Positions 1-7,344 of a stretch of DNA of 12,772 bases are shown here, one piece after another. Each line of letters starts with the position of its first letter. The stretch's first letter is position 1. Origin of the DNA: an uncultured bacterium (GTDB lineage: Bacteria > CSSED10-310 > CAZUFC01); the NCBI GenBank assembly GCA_964619725.1, contig CAZUFC010000189.1, positions 1 through 12,772 on the forward strand, read 5' to 3'. The position numbers and the translations under genes are program-made. The notes under the pieces are model-generated. The model was given only the letters and a program-made list of their open reading frames with translations. It was not told the DNA's origin and searched no databases.

Positions 1-145
1 TTGGAATACTTGGAAAAATTTTTCTCCAAAATCCTGCACAGCGGAAAAAGCTCTAACTTCCGGTAAACTTTGCGGATTACCATTCATTATGTTTAAATAT
101 CCCCGGAATTGCATATTTTTTTCCGGGAAATCAAGGACGGATGAG

Positions 146-1267
146 ATGAAAACAATGATATGTCGGGTATGCGGAAGGCGTTATTCTTTGAGTGAGGGGC
201 TTTGGAGGTGTGTTTGCGGGGGATTGTCTGATATTGATGGGGTCAGCGAATTTCCTCTGGAGGAGATCGGCAGGCGGCGTGCCTGTATCTGGCGGTATCG
301 TGAAGCTCTTCCCCTGGATGATGACCGTAATATCGTTTCGTTTAATGAGGGGTATACGCCCCTGGTCTCTGTTGCTGTTTCGGGTCGGGAAATTTTCTTC
401 AAGATGGACCATCTTTTTCCTTCGGGATCGTTTAAGGACCGCGGGGCATCGGTAATGATCAGCAAGGTGAAGGAACTGGGCATTAAAAAGGTAATAGAGG
501 ATTCGTCGGGTAATGCCGGGAGCGCGATAGCGGCTTACTGCTCTGCAGCGGGTATAGAATGCGATATTTATCTTCCGGCGGATACTGCGGCGGCGAAGCT
601 TGTTCAGATAGAAGCATACGGAGCCCGTGCGATACGAATTCCGGGCGACCGGGAAGACACGGCTGCTGCCGTGTTGAAGGCAGCGGAGAAGGAATATTAT
701 GCGGGTCATTCCTGGAATCCTCTTTTTCTTCAGGGAACGAAGACGTTTGCTTTTGAAGTCTGCGAGCAGCTCGATTGGACTGCCCCTGATACAGTGGTCC
801 TGCCTGCGGGGAATGGGACGCTGGTTCTGGGCGCGTATACCGGTTTCAGTGAATTAAAGAAAGCCGGGATCATCGATAAAATGCCCCGGATCATTGCCGT
901 TCAGGCACATAATTGTCCGCCGCTTTATATCGCCTACAAAAATGATGCCGGTTCTATACCGTCAATAAGTAAACGACATACGGCGGCCGAAGGCATTGCC
1001 GTGGCTGAACCGGTGCGGGGCAGTCAAATCCTGGAAACCGTGCGGTCGGCCGGCGGGGCTGTTTTTGCCGTCACGGAACGTGAGATTACGGAAATGTTGT
1101 TTGAATTGTCCCGTAAAGGCTTTTATATAGAACCCACCTCCGCTGTCGCTCCAGCCGGCGTAAAAAAATATTTAAATAATACTCTCGAAAAAAAGGAAAT
1201 TATCGTCAGCGCTTTCACGGGGCATGGTTTGAAGGCTACGGATAAAATAATGAAATTGAAAGGATGA
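146..1267 (+). CDS. thrC: Threonine synthase-like PLP-dependent enzyme (fold type II) with N-terminal Zn-ribbon
   Basis: Motifs EGYTPL, PSGSFKDRG (PLP lysine), EDSSGNAG, PAGNGT and IEPTSA; N-terminal CxxC...CxCGG. ATG at 146 preceded by AAGGA was chosen over ATG at 89. DSSGNAG rather than ASTGNT suggests a ThrC paralog subgroup, so the symbol is tentative. Confidence 0.8.
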   Translation: MKTMICRVCGRRYSLSEGLWRCVCGGLSDIDGVSEFPLEEIGRRRACIWRYREALPLDDDRNIVSFNEGYTPLVSVAVSGREIFFKMDHLFPSGSFKDRGASVMISKVKELGIKKVIEDSSGNAGSAIAAYCSAAGIECDIYLPADTAAAKLVQIEAYGARAIRIPGDREDTAAAVLKAAEKEYYAGHSWNPLFLQGTKTFAFEVCEQLDWTAPDTVVLPAGNGTLVLGAYTGFSELKKAGIIDKMPRIIAVQAHNCPPLYIAYKNDAGSIPSISKRHTAAEGIAVAEPVRGSQILETVRSAGGAVFAVTEREITEMLFELSRKGFYIEPTSAVAPAGVKKYLNNTLEKKEIIVSAFTGHGLKATDKIMKLKG

Positions 1268-1294
1268 TGCGCGGCTGCAGAAGATAGATTTTTT

Positions 1295-1460
1295 GGGACT
1301 GATCAAGCCGGGGTTACAATTCTTTCAAAACTTTTGACAATTTGTGTCGACATCGCAATCGGTATCGGGGTCGGTATCGCAATCGTGATCGAAATCGAAA
1401 CAAAATGACAGACGATTCTGTCGAATTGTAAACTCAAAAGAGGCTTGTTTGATCAATGCC
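1295..1460 (+). mobile_element. MITE-like element, cargo type A, copy A1 (166 bp), with perfect 8-bp TSD
   Basis: Left end GGGACTGATCAA (1295-1306) and right end TTGATCAATGCC (1449-1460) form an imperfect TIR (10/12). Flanked by GATTTTTT at both 1287-1294 and 1461-1468. Homologous to the copies at 5040, 7002 and 12115. Orientation is arbitrary. Confidence 0.9.
1346..1399 (+). repeat. Degenerate hexamer tandem repeat (RTCGNN)x9 inside MITE A1
   Basis: gtcgac atcgca atcggt atcggg gtcggt atcgca atcgtg atcgaa atcgaa. Confidence 0.9.
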
Positions 1461-1655
1461 GATTTTTTCTTCCCTATGATCAGGCCATGATTTTCTCTCG
1501 TGAGCACGACCGCAATCTGCGGACAGTCGATCTCTATGCTGCATTTAATGCGGCGCTGAACTGGAATAATCGCGGGCAATCAGTAGAATTGTATGGGAAC
1601 GGCGCGGCAGGTCGGAGAAACATGATGAGAGTCGCGAATTATTACAAAACTTTTT

Positions 1656-1684
1656 TTGAAGGCGACGTTCATTTTGTGCATAAT
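1656..1684 (+). promoter_or_regulatory. Putative sigma70-type promoter for the BKACE gene
   Basis: TTGAAG (1656-1661), 17-bp spacer, CATAAT (1679-1684). GGCGAC/GTCGCC inverted repeat at 1661-1666/1691-1696 brackets the -10. Pattern match only. Confidence 0.35.
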
Positions 1685-1751
1685 TAAAGTGTCGCCATGG
1701 CAAAAGAGCGATTCCCGTGAAGTGCCGCTCTCAGCGATTCAGGAGGAGACA

Positions 1752-2669
1752 TTGAAAAAAAGAGAATCAGAAACTGCCGAGTTAAGATACAAGAGGGAAT
1801 ATATTACGCGCAACGAGCCGCATCCTCTTTCCGCATATCCGCCTTTCATCATCAATGCTTGTTTAACCGGTATGATACCTACGAAAGAGAAGACGGAATT
1901 CGTGCCGGTTACCCCGGATGAAATCGTGGAAGATGCCGTAAAAGTTTTCGATGCGGGTGCACGCATTGTCCATGTTCATGCCCGTGATGAACGGGGTCGA
2001 CCGACCTGGAAGGCGTTGATATATGAGAAAATACTGAGGGGTATTCGCCGTGAGCGTCCGGAGCTGATTATTTGCGTATCGCTATCGGGAAGGAACTGGC
2101 CGGAATTCGAGAAGCGCGCTGAAGTATTGCATTTAACGGGTGATGCCAAACCTGATATGGGAAGCCTGACGCTGGGTTCTTTGAATTTCACGAGCGGAGC
2201 CAGCGTGAATTCCATGGATATGATAATCAGACTGGCTCAAGCGATGAAAGAAAAGGGAATTCGTCCGGAGCTGGAAATTTTCGACACCGGGATGATCAGC
2301 ATGGCGAAGTACCTGGAAAGAAAAAAAATAATCGAGGGGCGCAAATATTTTAATCTGCTGCTGGGGAACCTGGGGACGCTGCCTGCGACAACAGGCAACC
2401 TGGCCGCAATGGTTGATGCTCTTCCCGACGATTCGACATGGGCGGCTGCAGGCATAGGCGTGTTTCAACTTCCCGTGAACGCGGCCGCAATTGTTGCAGG
2501 AGGCGGTGCCAGGGTCGGAATAGAGGATAATCTCTATTATGATTACGGTAAAACCAGGCTAGCGACGAATGAAGAACTCGTAAAACGCCTGGTCAGAATA
2601 GCCGGGGAGCTTCAAAGACCCCTGGCGACGCCCGATGAAACCCGCCGGATGGCCGGAATCAACGGCTGA
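1752..2669 (+). CDS. BKACE / DUF849 family beta-keto acid cleavage enzyme (3-keto-5-aminohexanoate cleavage enzyme-like)
   Basis: IINACLTG...VPVTPDEI, metal-binding HVH, GSLNF, PELEIFDTG and RVGIEDN motifs. In-frame TTG at 1752 with AGGAGG at 1741-1746 is a better start than 1656. Confidence 0.9.
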   Translation: MKKRESETAELRYKREYITRNEPHPLSAYPPFIINACLTGMIPTKEKTEFVPVTPDEIVEDAVKVFDAGARIVHVHARDERGRPTWKALIYEKILRGIRRERPELIICVSLSGRNWPEFEKRAEVLHLTGDAKPDMGSLTLGSLNFTSGASVNSMDMIIRLAQAMKEKGIRPELEIFDTGMISMAKYLERKKIIEGRKYFNLLLGNLGTLPATTGNLAAMVDALPDDSTWAAAGIGVFQLPVNAAAIVAGGGARVGIEDNLYYDYGKTRLATNEELVKRLVRIAGELQRPLATPDETRRMAGING

Positions 2670-2716
2670 TTGATGAGAAAAATTGTTGATGTAGTCTGAT
2701 CGATTCCTTGGAAATA

Positions 2717-3994
2717 CTATTCATTCAACGAATCCCGCAGGCGTTTTGAATCGAGCGAAGTTCCCGGAGCAGTTTTGATTATCCTTATTTCGGGGCTTGA
2801 AGGATACTCAAATGCAGTTCCGGCAGGCGCTATAAAGCACATCTTATTCAAGCCTGGAATCCAAAAGATTTTTTTTATTCGTTCTATTTCTTTTTCATCA
2901 ATGGAATTCAGATGGTGCAGGTTCATTATGCCGTAGTATTTCATTTTATGCCTGACTATCATGGGATTATGCGAGATGAAAGATGATACGGGAGAATTGA
3001 AGCTGTTCCAGTAAAGCAGGAATACGAACCGGCTGTCGGGCCATTCGGAGACCGACATGCGCCATTTCCTTTTATAGCGCAGCAGTCCGTCATTGAGGAA
3101 AGCCCTGCAGCCGCCGAAATCCACGTGATCGTATCCCCGTTTTTGGGCCTGATGAATAAGGGCCAGATAAACTGCGGTCATGGCGCCTTTCCTCACGGGT
3201 TCCCAATCTCCGTCAATCATTCCCACCGCGACGGCTTTGACTTCAGATTTAGCGTCTTCATAGATAATGCCCGCCGCCGGAATACCGTCGATAAGGATAT
3301 TGATTAATCCGCCCAACCGAAGACTTCGCTTCAAATGATAATAGTCCCTCAGGACCGCCCTTTCACCATGCCGGGCTTTAGCAAACGGAACATACATCTT
3401 ATGATAGAAGCGATCGAAATCGTCGATTTTCCGGGTATGCTCCGTTGAAAAATCGCTTCTCCGGTAGATGCGCATGTCTTCTTTGACGCTCTTGGAGCGG
3501 CGTAACAGCTCTTTCATGCCATCGGGAACAGCAAACTTCGAATCCAGCCATTCCGGAAGCATTAAACAGTCGGCGCCGAAACAATGCCGGGCCGTCAGCT
3601 TATCTGTGCAGACGACAGTCATGTGAGTTTCCTGACGCAGTGTCCGCAGCACGAACGGCATTTCCCATATTGGAAACAAACCCATAAATTCACGGTCAGG
3701 GCTCTCTTTGAAAAATCGGTCCATCAAATATTCCATCCGGCGCAAAGGTCCGATCGCTGCAACCTTTGACGAAATATCACCTCCTACAGAAGTCCCGGTC
3801 AAGATATTCGCCTGAAAAAAACAGTTCAGCGACGGCAGCACGAGCGACGTTAGGCGCTTGAACGCTCCCTCGATTCCAGCCGGCATATATTGATATAAAC
3901 GCCAGAACCGGGCGTTTTGAGTAATCAAATGATGGAAGCCGGGTTTCCTGCTCCCCTTGTTTGATTGGTTTAATCGCTTTGGTGTTCTTTGCAT
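2717..3994 (-). CDS. GNAT-fold protein, FemAB/BioF2-like (Acetyltransf_6-like) C-terminal domain
   Basis: Long ORF whose C-terminal half has the pattern DFDRFYHKMY...AAGII...VDFGGCR...GLLRYKRKW typical of FemAB-like GNATs. Start uncertain (ATG 3994, ATG 3886 or TTG 4114). Confidence 0.65.
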   Translation of the reverse strand: MQRTPKRLNQSNKGSRKPGFHHLITQNARFWRLYQYMPAGIEGAFKRLTSLVLPSLNCFFQANILTGTSVGGDISSKVAAIGPLRRMEYLMDRFFKESPDREFMGLFPIWEMPFVLRTLRQETHMTVVCTDKLTARHCFGADCLMLPEWLDSKFAVPDGMKELLRRSKSVKEDMRIYRRSDFSTEHTRKIDDFDRFYHKMYVPFAKARHGERAVLRDYYHLKRSLRLGGLINILIDGIPAAGIIYEDAKSEVKAVAVGMIDGDWEPVRKGAMTAVYLALIHQAQKRGYDHVDFGGCRAFLNDGLLRYKRKWRMSVSEWPDSRFVFLLYWNSFNSPVSSFISHNPMIVRHKMKYYGIMNLHHLNSIDEKEIERIKKIFWIPGLNKMCFIAPAGTAFEYPSSPEIRIIKTAPGTSLDSKRLRDSLNE

Positions 3995-4308
3995 TAACTG
4001 AGATACGAACAGATAGTGTTGGAAGCCGCAGTCAGAAACAACCTCTTTCCGCGGAAGAATATTGATTTGCAGGTGAAGTGTCAATTCGGCGGAGGGGGGA
4101 AGGAAAAATTGCAAGAGTCGGAAAGAATAATGAATGGAAGAATGAATCTTTGGAAATGGAAGCGCCCGATTCAGGATGAGGTTGTGAGGTTTGCCGCCGC
4201 TTGTTCTGCAGCGACGGCCGATATGTCTCTTTATTCATCTGACTCTTGACCCTTGAAAACGACAGGTTGTATGGTTAGCAATGGAGTCGGAAAGGAAATT
4301 CCGGCAGG

Positions 4309-5019
4309 GTGATTTTCCAGTTTTTTCAGAAAAGCCGGGATGAGCTGAACATCCTGGATAAGAGCAAGGGAGTATGTGCTTTGGCTTCGATGCTTGAACA
4401 AATACAGGAAACGTTGCGGGTGGAAGGTATCAGGGGACTGTGGTTCAAGGGGATCGGGGTTCTCTTTTACCGCCGCGTCTACCTTCTTGAAAGGTCGCTT
4501 CTTGAGCCGATCAATGTAATTGAAGCGCGACTGCCTGTGGAGTATGTAATTTTATCACCTTCGCAAATGGACGACTATATCGCTTTCCGCAATTCCGTTC
4601 CTCATTACAGGATACCGGAGGAGCTTATTCGCCGGCGCTTTGATTCGGGTCATCTATGTTTTGCGGCGATCCATAATAATGAAATCGCCTGCGCCAACTG
4701 GGCAGCGACGACGGCGGCGCGTTCCCTTTACCTGGACATGGACGTGCCTATCGGCGAAAAAACCTGTTACTTATACGACACCTTCACTGGACCCCGGTTC
4801 CGAAGAAGAGGACTGATGCAGTCTGTCGGAACGGAAATACTGCGTCATTTCCGCGATACCGGCTTTCGTTCCGCCATACGTATGACGTTGCCCGAAAATA
4901 TAAGAAGCCTGAAAGCATCCTATAAGATAGGTTTCAAACCCGTAGCCCTGATAGGAAGATACAAGATAGGACCTAAAAAAATAGAATTCCGAAAACAGAT
5001 CAAATCCAACATGATATGA
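4309..5019 (+). CDS. GNAT family N-acetyltransferase
   Basis: Acetyl-CoA-binding motif A YLYDTFTGPRFRRRGL and motif B ENIRSLKASYKIGF. Start uncertain (GTG 4309 or ATG 4390). Confidence 0.8.
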   Translation: MIFQFFQKSRDELNILDKSKGVCALASMLEQIQETLRVEGIRGLWFKGIGVLFYRRVYLLERSLLEPINVIEARLPVEYVILSPSQMDDYIAFRNSVPHYRIPEELIRRRFDSGHLCFAAIHNNEIACANWAATTAARSLYLDMDVPIGEKTCYLYDTFTGPRFRRRGLMQSVGTEILRHFRDTGFRSAIRMTLPENIRSLKASYKIGFKPVALIGRYKIGPKKIEFRKQIKSNMI

Positions 5020-5039
5020 CAGCGGAGTAAAAAAACTTC

Positions 5040-5212
5040 GGCCTTGATCAAAAAAGCCTCTCTTGAGGTTATAATTCGACGGAATATCCCATCCTTTTGT
5101 TTCGATTTCGATCCTGATTGCGATACCGATTGCGATACTGAGGCCGATCACGGTCACTGAAACAAACTCTCGAAATTTTTGAAAGAAGAGTAATCCCAGT
5201 TTGATCAGTCCC
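5040..5212 (-). mobile_element. MITE-like element, cargo type A, diverged copy A2 (173 bp)
   Basis: GGCCTTGATCAA at 5040 and TTGATCAGTCCC ending at 5212. The reverse complement aligns end to end with A1, including the hexamer tract. No clean TSD (AAAACTTC vs GAAATTCA). Confidence 0.85.
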
Positions 5213-5352
5213 GAAATTCACCCTTCCTGTTCCGATTAATCCTGAGATAATCGGAACAAAAAGTTCTCATAAAGAGTAATACAGCAATAATTCTGCGGTT
5301 GTACCTTTGGTTTTTCATAAGAAACTCTGCTTTGTTCGCTGCATGACGAATA

Positions 5353-5368
5353 TGGCATGAAAATTGAT
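5353..5368 (+). promoter_or_regulatory. Possible sigma54 (-24/-12) promoter
   Basis: TGGCATGAAAATTGAT gives GG-N10-GA, against the consensus TGGCACG-N4-TTGC (the -12 C is replaced by A). Confidence 0.3.
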
Positions 5369-5544
5369 CTGCGGACTTTGAGAGCTCATTAAAACAATGC
5401 GTCGCAGGGAGAAGCATAAAAAGGAGCACAGAGTTTTAAATACAGGCATAAGGTGATTCAAACCGCCCTCTGAATCCGGTAATGAATCAGGCGCCGGAAT
5501 AGTAATCGGGGGTGCAAACTCAAACAGACGAAAGGAGAAGTTAA

Positions 5545-5664
5545 ATGGCAAAGAAAGGTAAGAAGGACAAGAAGAAAGAAAAAAAAGAACAAAAGTCAGT
5601 CAAGAAGGAAATGAAAAAAGAAAAGGTAAAGCAAGAAACTTCAGGTGAGAAGAACGTACATTGA
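5545..5664 (+). CDS. Small Lys-rich hypothetical protein (39 aa), not in the ORF track
   Basis: AAGGAG at 5532-5537, 7 nt before ATG 5545. Translation MAKKGKKDKKKEKKEQKSVKKEMKKEKVKQETSGEKNVH. Stop TGA 5662-5664 lies just before the next gene's RBS. Confidence 0.6.
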   Translation: MAKKGKKDKKKEKKEQKSVKKEMKKEKVKQETSGEKNVH

Positions 5665-5678
5665 CGAAGGAGGAAAAG

Positions 5679-6086
5679 ATGAAGCGGAATTATTCAGCGG
5701 CAATATTGACGATAATATGGATAATTCTTTTTACTGCAGCTTCTGTATCAGTATCTGCAGAGGACAAAGCGGAAATGAAAAAGCCGGAGACTATCACGGT
5801 TACAGGTCTGATATCGGCTGTTTACGATGATGATTACAATGTCATGAAGGTTGTTCTGAAAGATGAAAAGGATAAGGACAAAATCTATAATGTGACCCTG
5901 GACGATAACGGCAGAATACTGGGTGAAATTTACAACGATGAAAAGGTGACGGTGACGGGGACATTGACGGAAAAGAACAATGAAAAATGGTTGAAGGTGC
6001 AGGAATACAAAATGGTTTTTGAAGAACGGGACCTGTTTGAAGAGATGGAAGAAACACCGGAAGAACCTTTAATGGAGATCGAATAG
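5679..6086 (+). CDS. Exported hypothetical protein (signal peptide; possible small OB-fold-like beta domain; acidic tail)
   Basis: AAGGAGG at 5667-5673 before ATG 5679. Basic N-terminus, hydrophobic core and VSA|ED cleavage-like site. Repeated I/VTVTG strands; Glu-rich C-terminus. Confidence 0.75.
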   Translation: MKRNYSAAILTIIWIILFTAASVSVSAEDKAEMKKPETITVTGLISAVYDDDYNVMKVVLKDEKDKDKIYNVTLDDNGRILGEIYNDEKVTVTGTLTEKNNEKWLKVQEYKMVFEERDLFEEMEETPEEPLMEIE

Positions 6087-6149
6087 CAGCCGGGGGCTTT
6101 TTCGTCCGCATTTTCATCATGCAGCAGTCATTCTGAAAGAGACGTCAAA

Positions 6150-6246
6150 AAACGCCGTCGGCCTGACAAAGCGTTATTCCTGAAGAGTTACGATAAAAGA
6201 ATTACTCGAAAGGATCACAGCGTGACTGATCAAGCCTACGGCGTTT
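6150..6246. repeat. REP-doublet-like inverted repeat / long hairpin
   Basis: AAACGCCGTCGGCCTGA (6150-6166) and TCAAGCCTACGGCGTTT (6230-6246) are 15/17 complementary. Inner TCCT-GAA-GAGT...ACTC-GAA-AGGA can also pair. Confidence 0.6.
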
Positions 6247-6370
6247 AACATTTTCTTGTTAGGAGAAGCGCCTTATTAAGGTTCCGAACTTTACTGGATG
6301 AAAGAAACATTGAAAGCGCAGGCGGGAATTTTTTGCGCGTAATGCATCAGACGGCAAGGAGAGGCCGGTA

Positions 6371-6979
6371 ATGGAAGAATCATTCTGGACAAATATAGGA
6401 GAGATGATCGACGAGACGACGATCAACAGGACTGTTTTATTGAATTGTCTGTTCATTTTTATCGCCAGGGTGGCGGACGTGTCGCTGGGGACGCTTCGCA
6501 CATTGACGGTGGTGCGAGGTCAGAGGTTGGCGGCGTGGGCGCTGGGTTTCGTTGAAATTTTAATCTGGGTATTAGTAATATCCCAGGTGATAATCAGCGT
6601 CAGAAAGACATTGATCTACGCATTTTTTTATGCATTAGGATTCGCCACGGGCGGATATGTAGGCATGACGATAGAGCGGTGGCTGGCTTTCGGCGAACGT
6701 ATGGTTCTGTTGTTTTCGCGCAAGGGAGAAGCGGTGGCTGATCTGTTGCGGAAAAAAAGTTATGCGGTAACCGAATGGTCGGGCAGAGGAATGGACGGTT
6801 CGATAACGCTGATGCTGCTGGACGTTCCCAGGCGAGCCGTCAGAGAAGTAATAGGGACAGCCAAATCCGTCGATTCATCCTGTTTTTATATCGTAGAAAA
6901 CATAAATTCGTCGGAATGCATTCGCCCGACGCTGCTTCCCAGAACAGGATGGAGAACCGCCAACCGTAAGGCGAAGTAG
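6371..6979 (+). CDS. UPF0316 / DUF2179 (DUF5698) membrane protein
   Basis: FIARVADVSLGTLR, LGFVEILIW and YALGFATGGYVGMTIE motifs, plus a C-terminal soluble domain with G-x-G. AAGGAG at 6356-6361. Confidence 0.85.
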   Translation: MEESFWTNIGEMIDETTINRTVLLNCLFIFIARVADVSLGTLRTLTVVRGQRLAAWALGFVEILIWVLVISQVIISVRKTLIYAFFYALGFATGGYVGMTIERWLAFGERMVLLFSRKGEAVADLLRKKSYAVTEWSGRGMDGSITLMLLDVPRRAVREVIGTAKSVDSSCFYIVENINSSECIRPTLLPRTGWRTANRKAK

Positions 6980-7001
6980 ACCTGCAAAAGGCCTGGAAAT
7001 T

Positions 7002-7154
7002 GGCATTGATCAAAAAGCTTCTTTTGAGGTTACAATTCGACAGAATCCTCTATCATTTTGTTTCGATTTCGATCACGATTGCGATACCGATGCCGATACC
7101 GACACAAATTGTCAAAAGTTTTGAAAGAATTGTAACCCCGGCTTGATCAGTCCC
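7002..7154 (-). mobile_element. MITE-like element, cargo type A, copy A3 (153 bp)
   Basis: GGCATTGATCAA at 7002 and TTGATCAGTCCC ending at 7154. Near-identical to A1 in reverse complement but with 7 hexamers. Flanks TGGAAATT/ACAAATTT do not form a clean TSD. Confidence 0.9.
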
Positions 7155-7314
7155 ACAAATTTAATACGCATTTACGTCTCCTTGAAAAGACTCGCGAGCC
7201 GCAAATCTTAACGAATTCACCCGAAAAAGAAGAGGATGCAGCAAAGGTCCAGGCCGACAACTGACCTGAGCCTGTCCGGGTAGACGAAAGTCGTGCTGAT
7301 TTCGTGCTATTGAC

Positions 7315-7344
7315 TTGACGATTGGCAGTCGACAATTGACAATT
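7315..7344 (+). repeat. Short degenerate heptamer tandem repeat (consensus TTGACAA) x4
   Basis: ttgacga ttggcag tcgacaa ttgacaa tt. Confidence 0.5.

Noticed and set aside
1-87. Possible start of a divergent minus-strand gene (ATG at 87 or 83, both frames open to the window edge)
   Set aside because: Under 30 codons visible, no RBS or recognisable motif, and the two frames cannot be distinguished.
102-127. CCCGGAA/TTCCGGG inverted repeat upstream of thrC
   Set aside because: A 7-bp stem with no attenuator peptide, T-box or riboswitch features; no function can be assigned.
1325-1579. Minus-strand ORF with DxDxD repeats, and similar ORFs 4771-5157, 12067-12351 and 12123-12425
   Set aside because: They arise from the stop-free hexamer tract of the MITEs and lack RBS or protein motifs.
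1656-1751. N-terminal extension of the BKACE ORF from TTG 1656
   Set aside because: It overlaps a promoter-like sequence, and a strong AGGAGG supports TTG 1752 instead.
4016-4249. Short ORFs in the divergent GNAT intergenic region
   Set aside because: No recognisable motifs; they overlap the probable promoter region and each other on opposite strands.
6089-6103. AGCC-GGG-GGCT followed by a T-run as an intrinsic terminator
   Set aside because: Only a 4-bp stem with a 3-nt loop; too weak to call.
6137-6257. 6S RNA or SRP RNA identity for the long hairpin
   Set aside because: Shorter than a typical 6S RNA and without a clear central bubble; the SRP domain IV motif is absent on both strands.
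7261-7292. Hammerhead-like CTGA...GAAA motif
   Set aside because: The core CUGANGA is not matched (CTGACCT / CTGAGCC) and flanking stems are missing.
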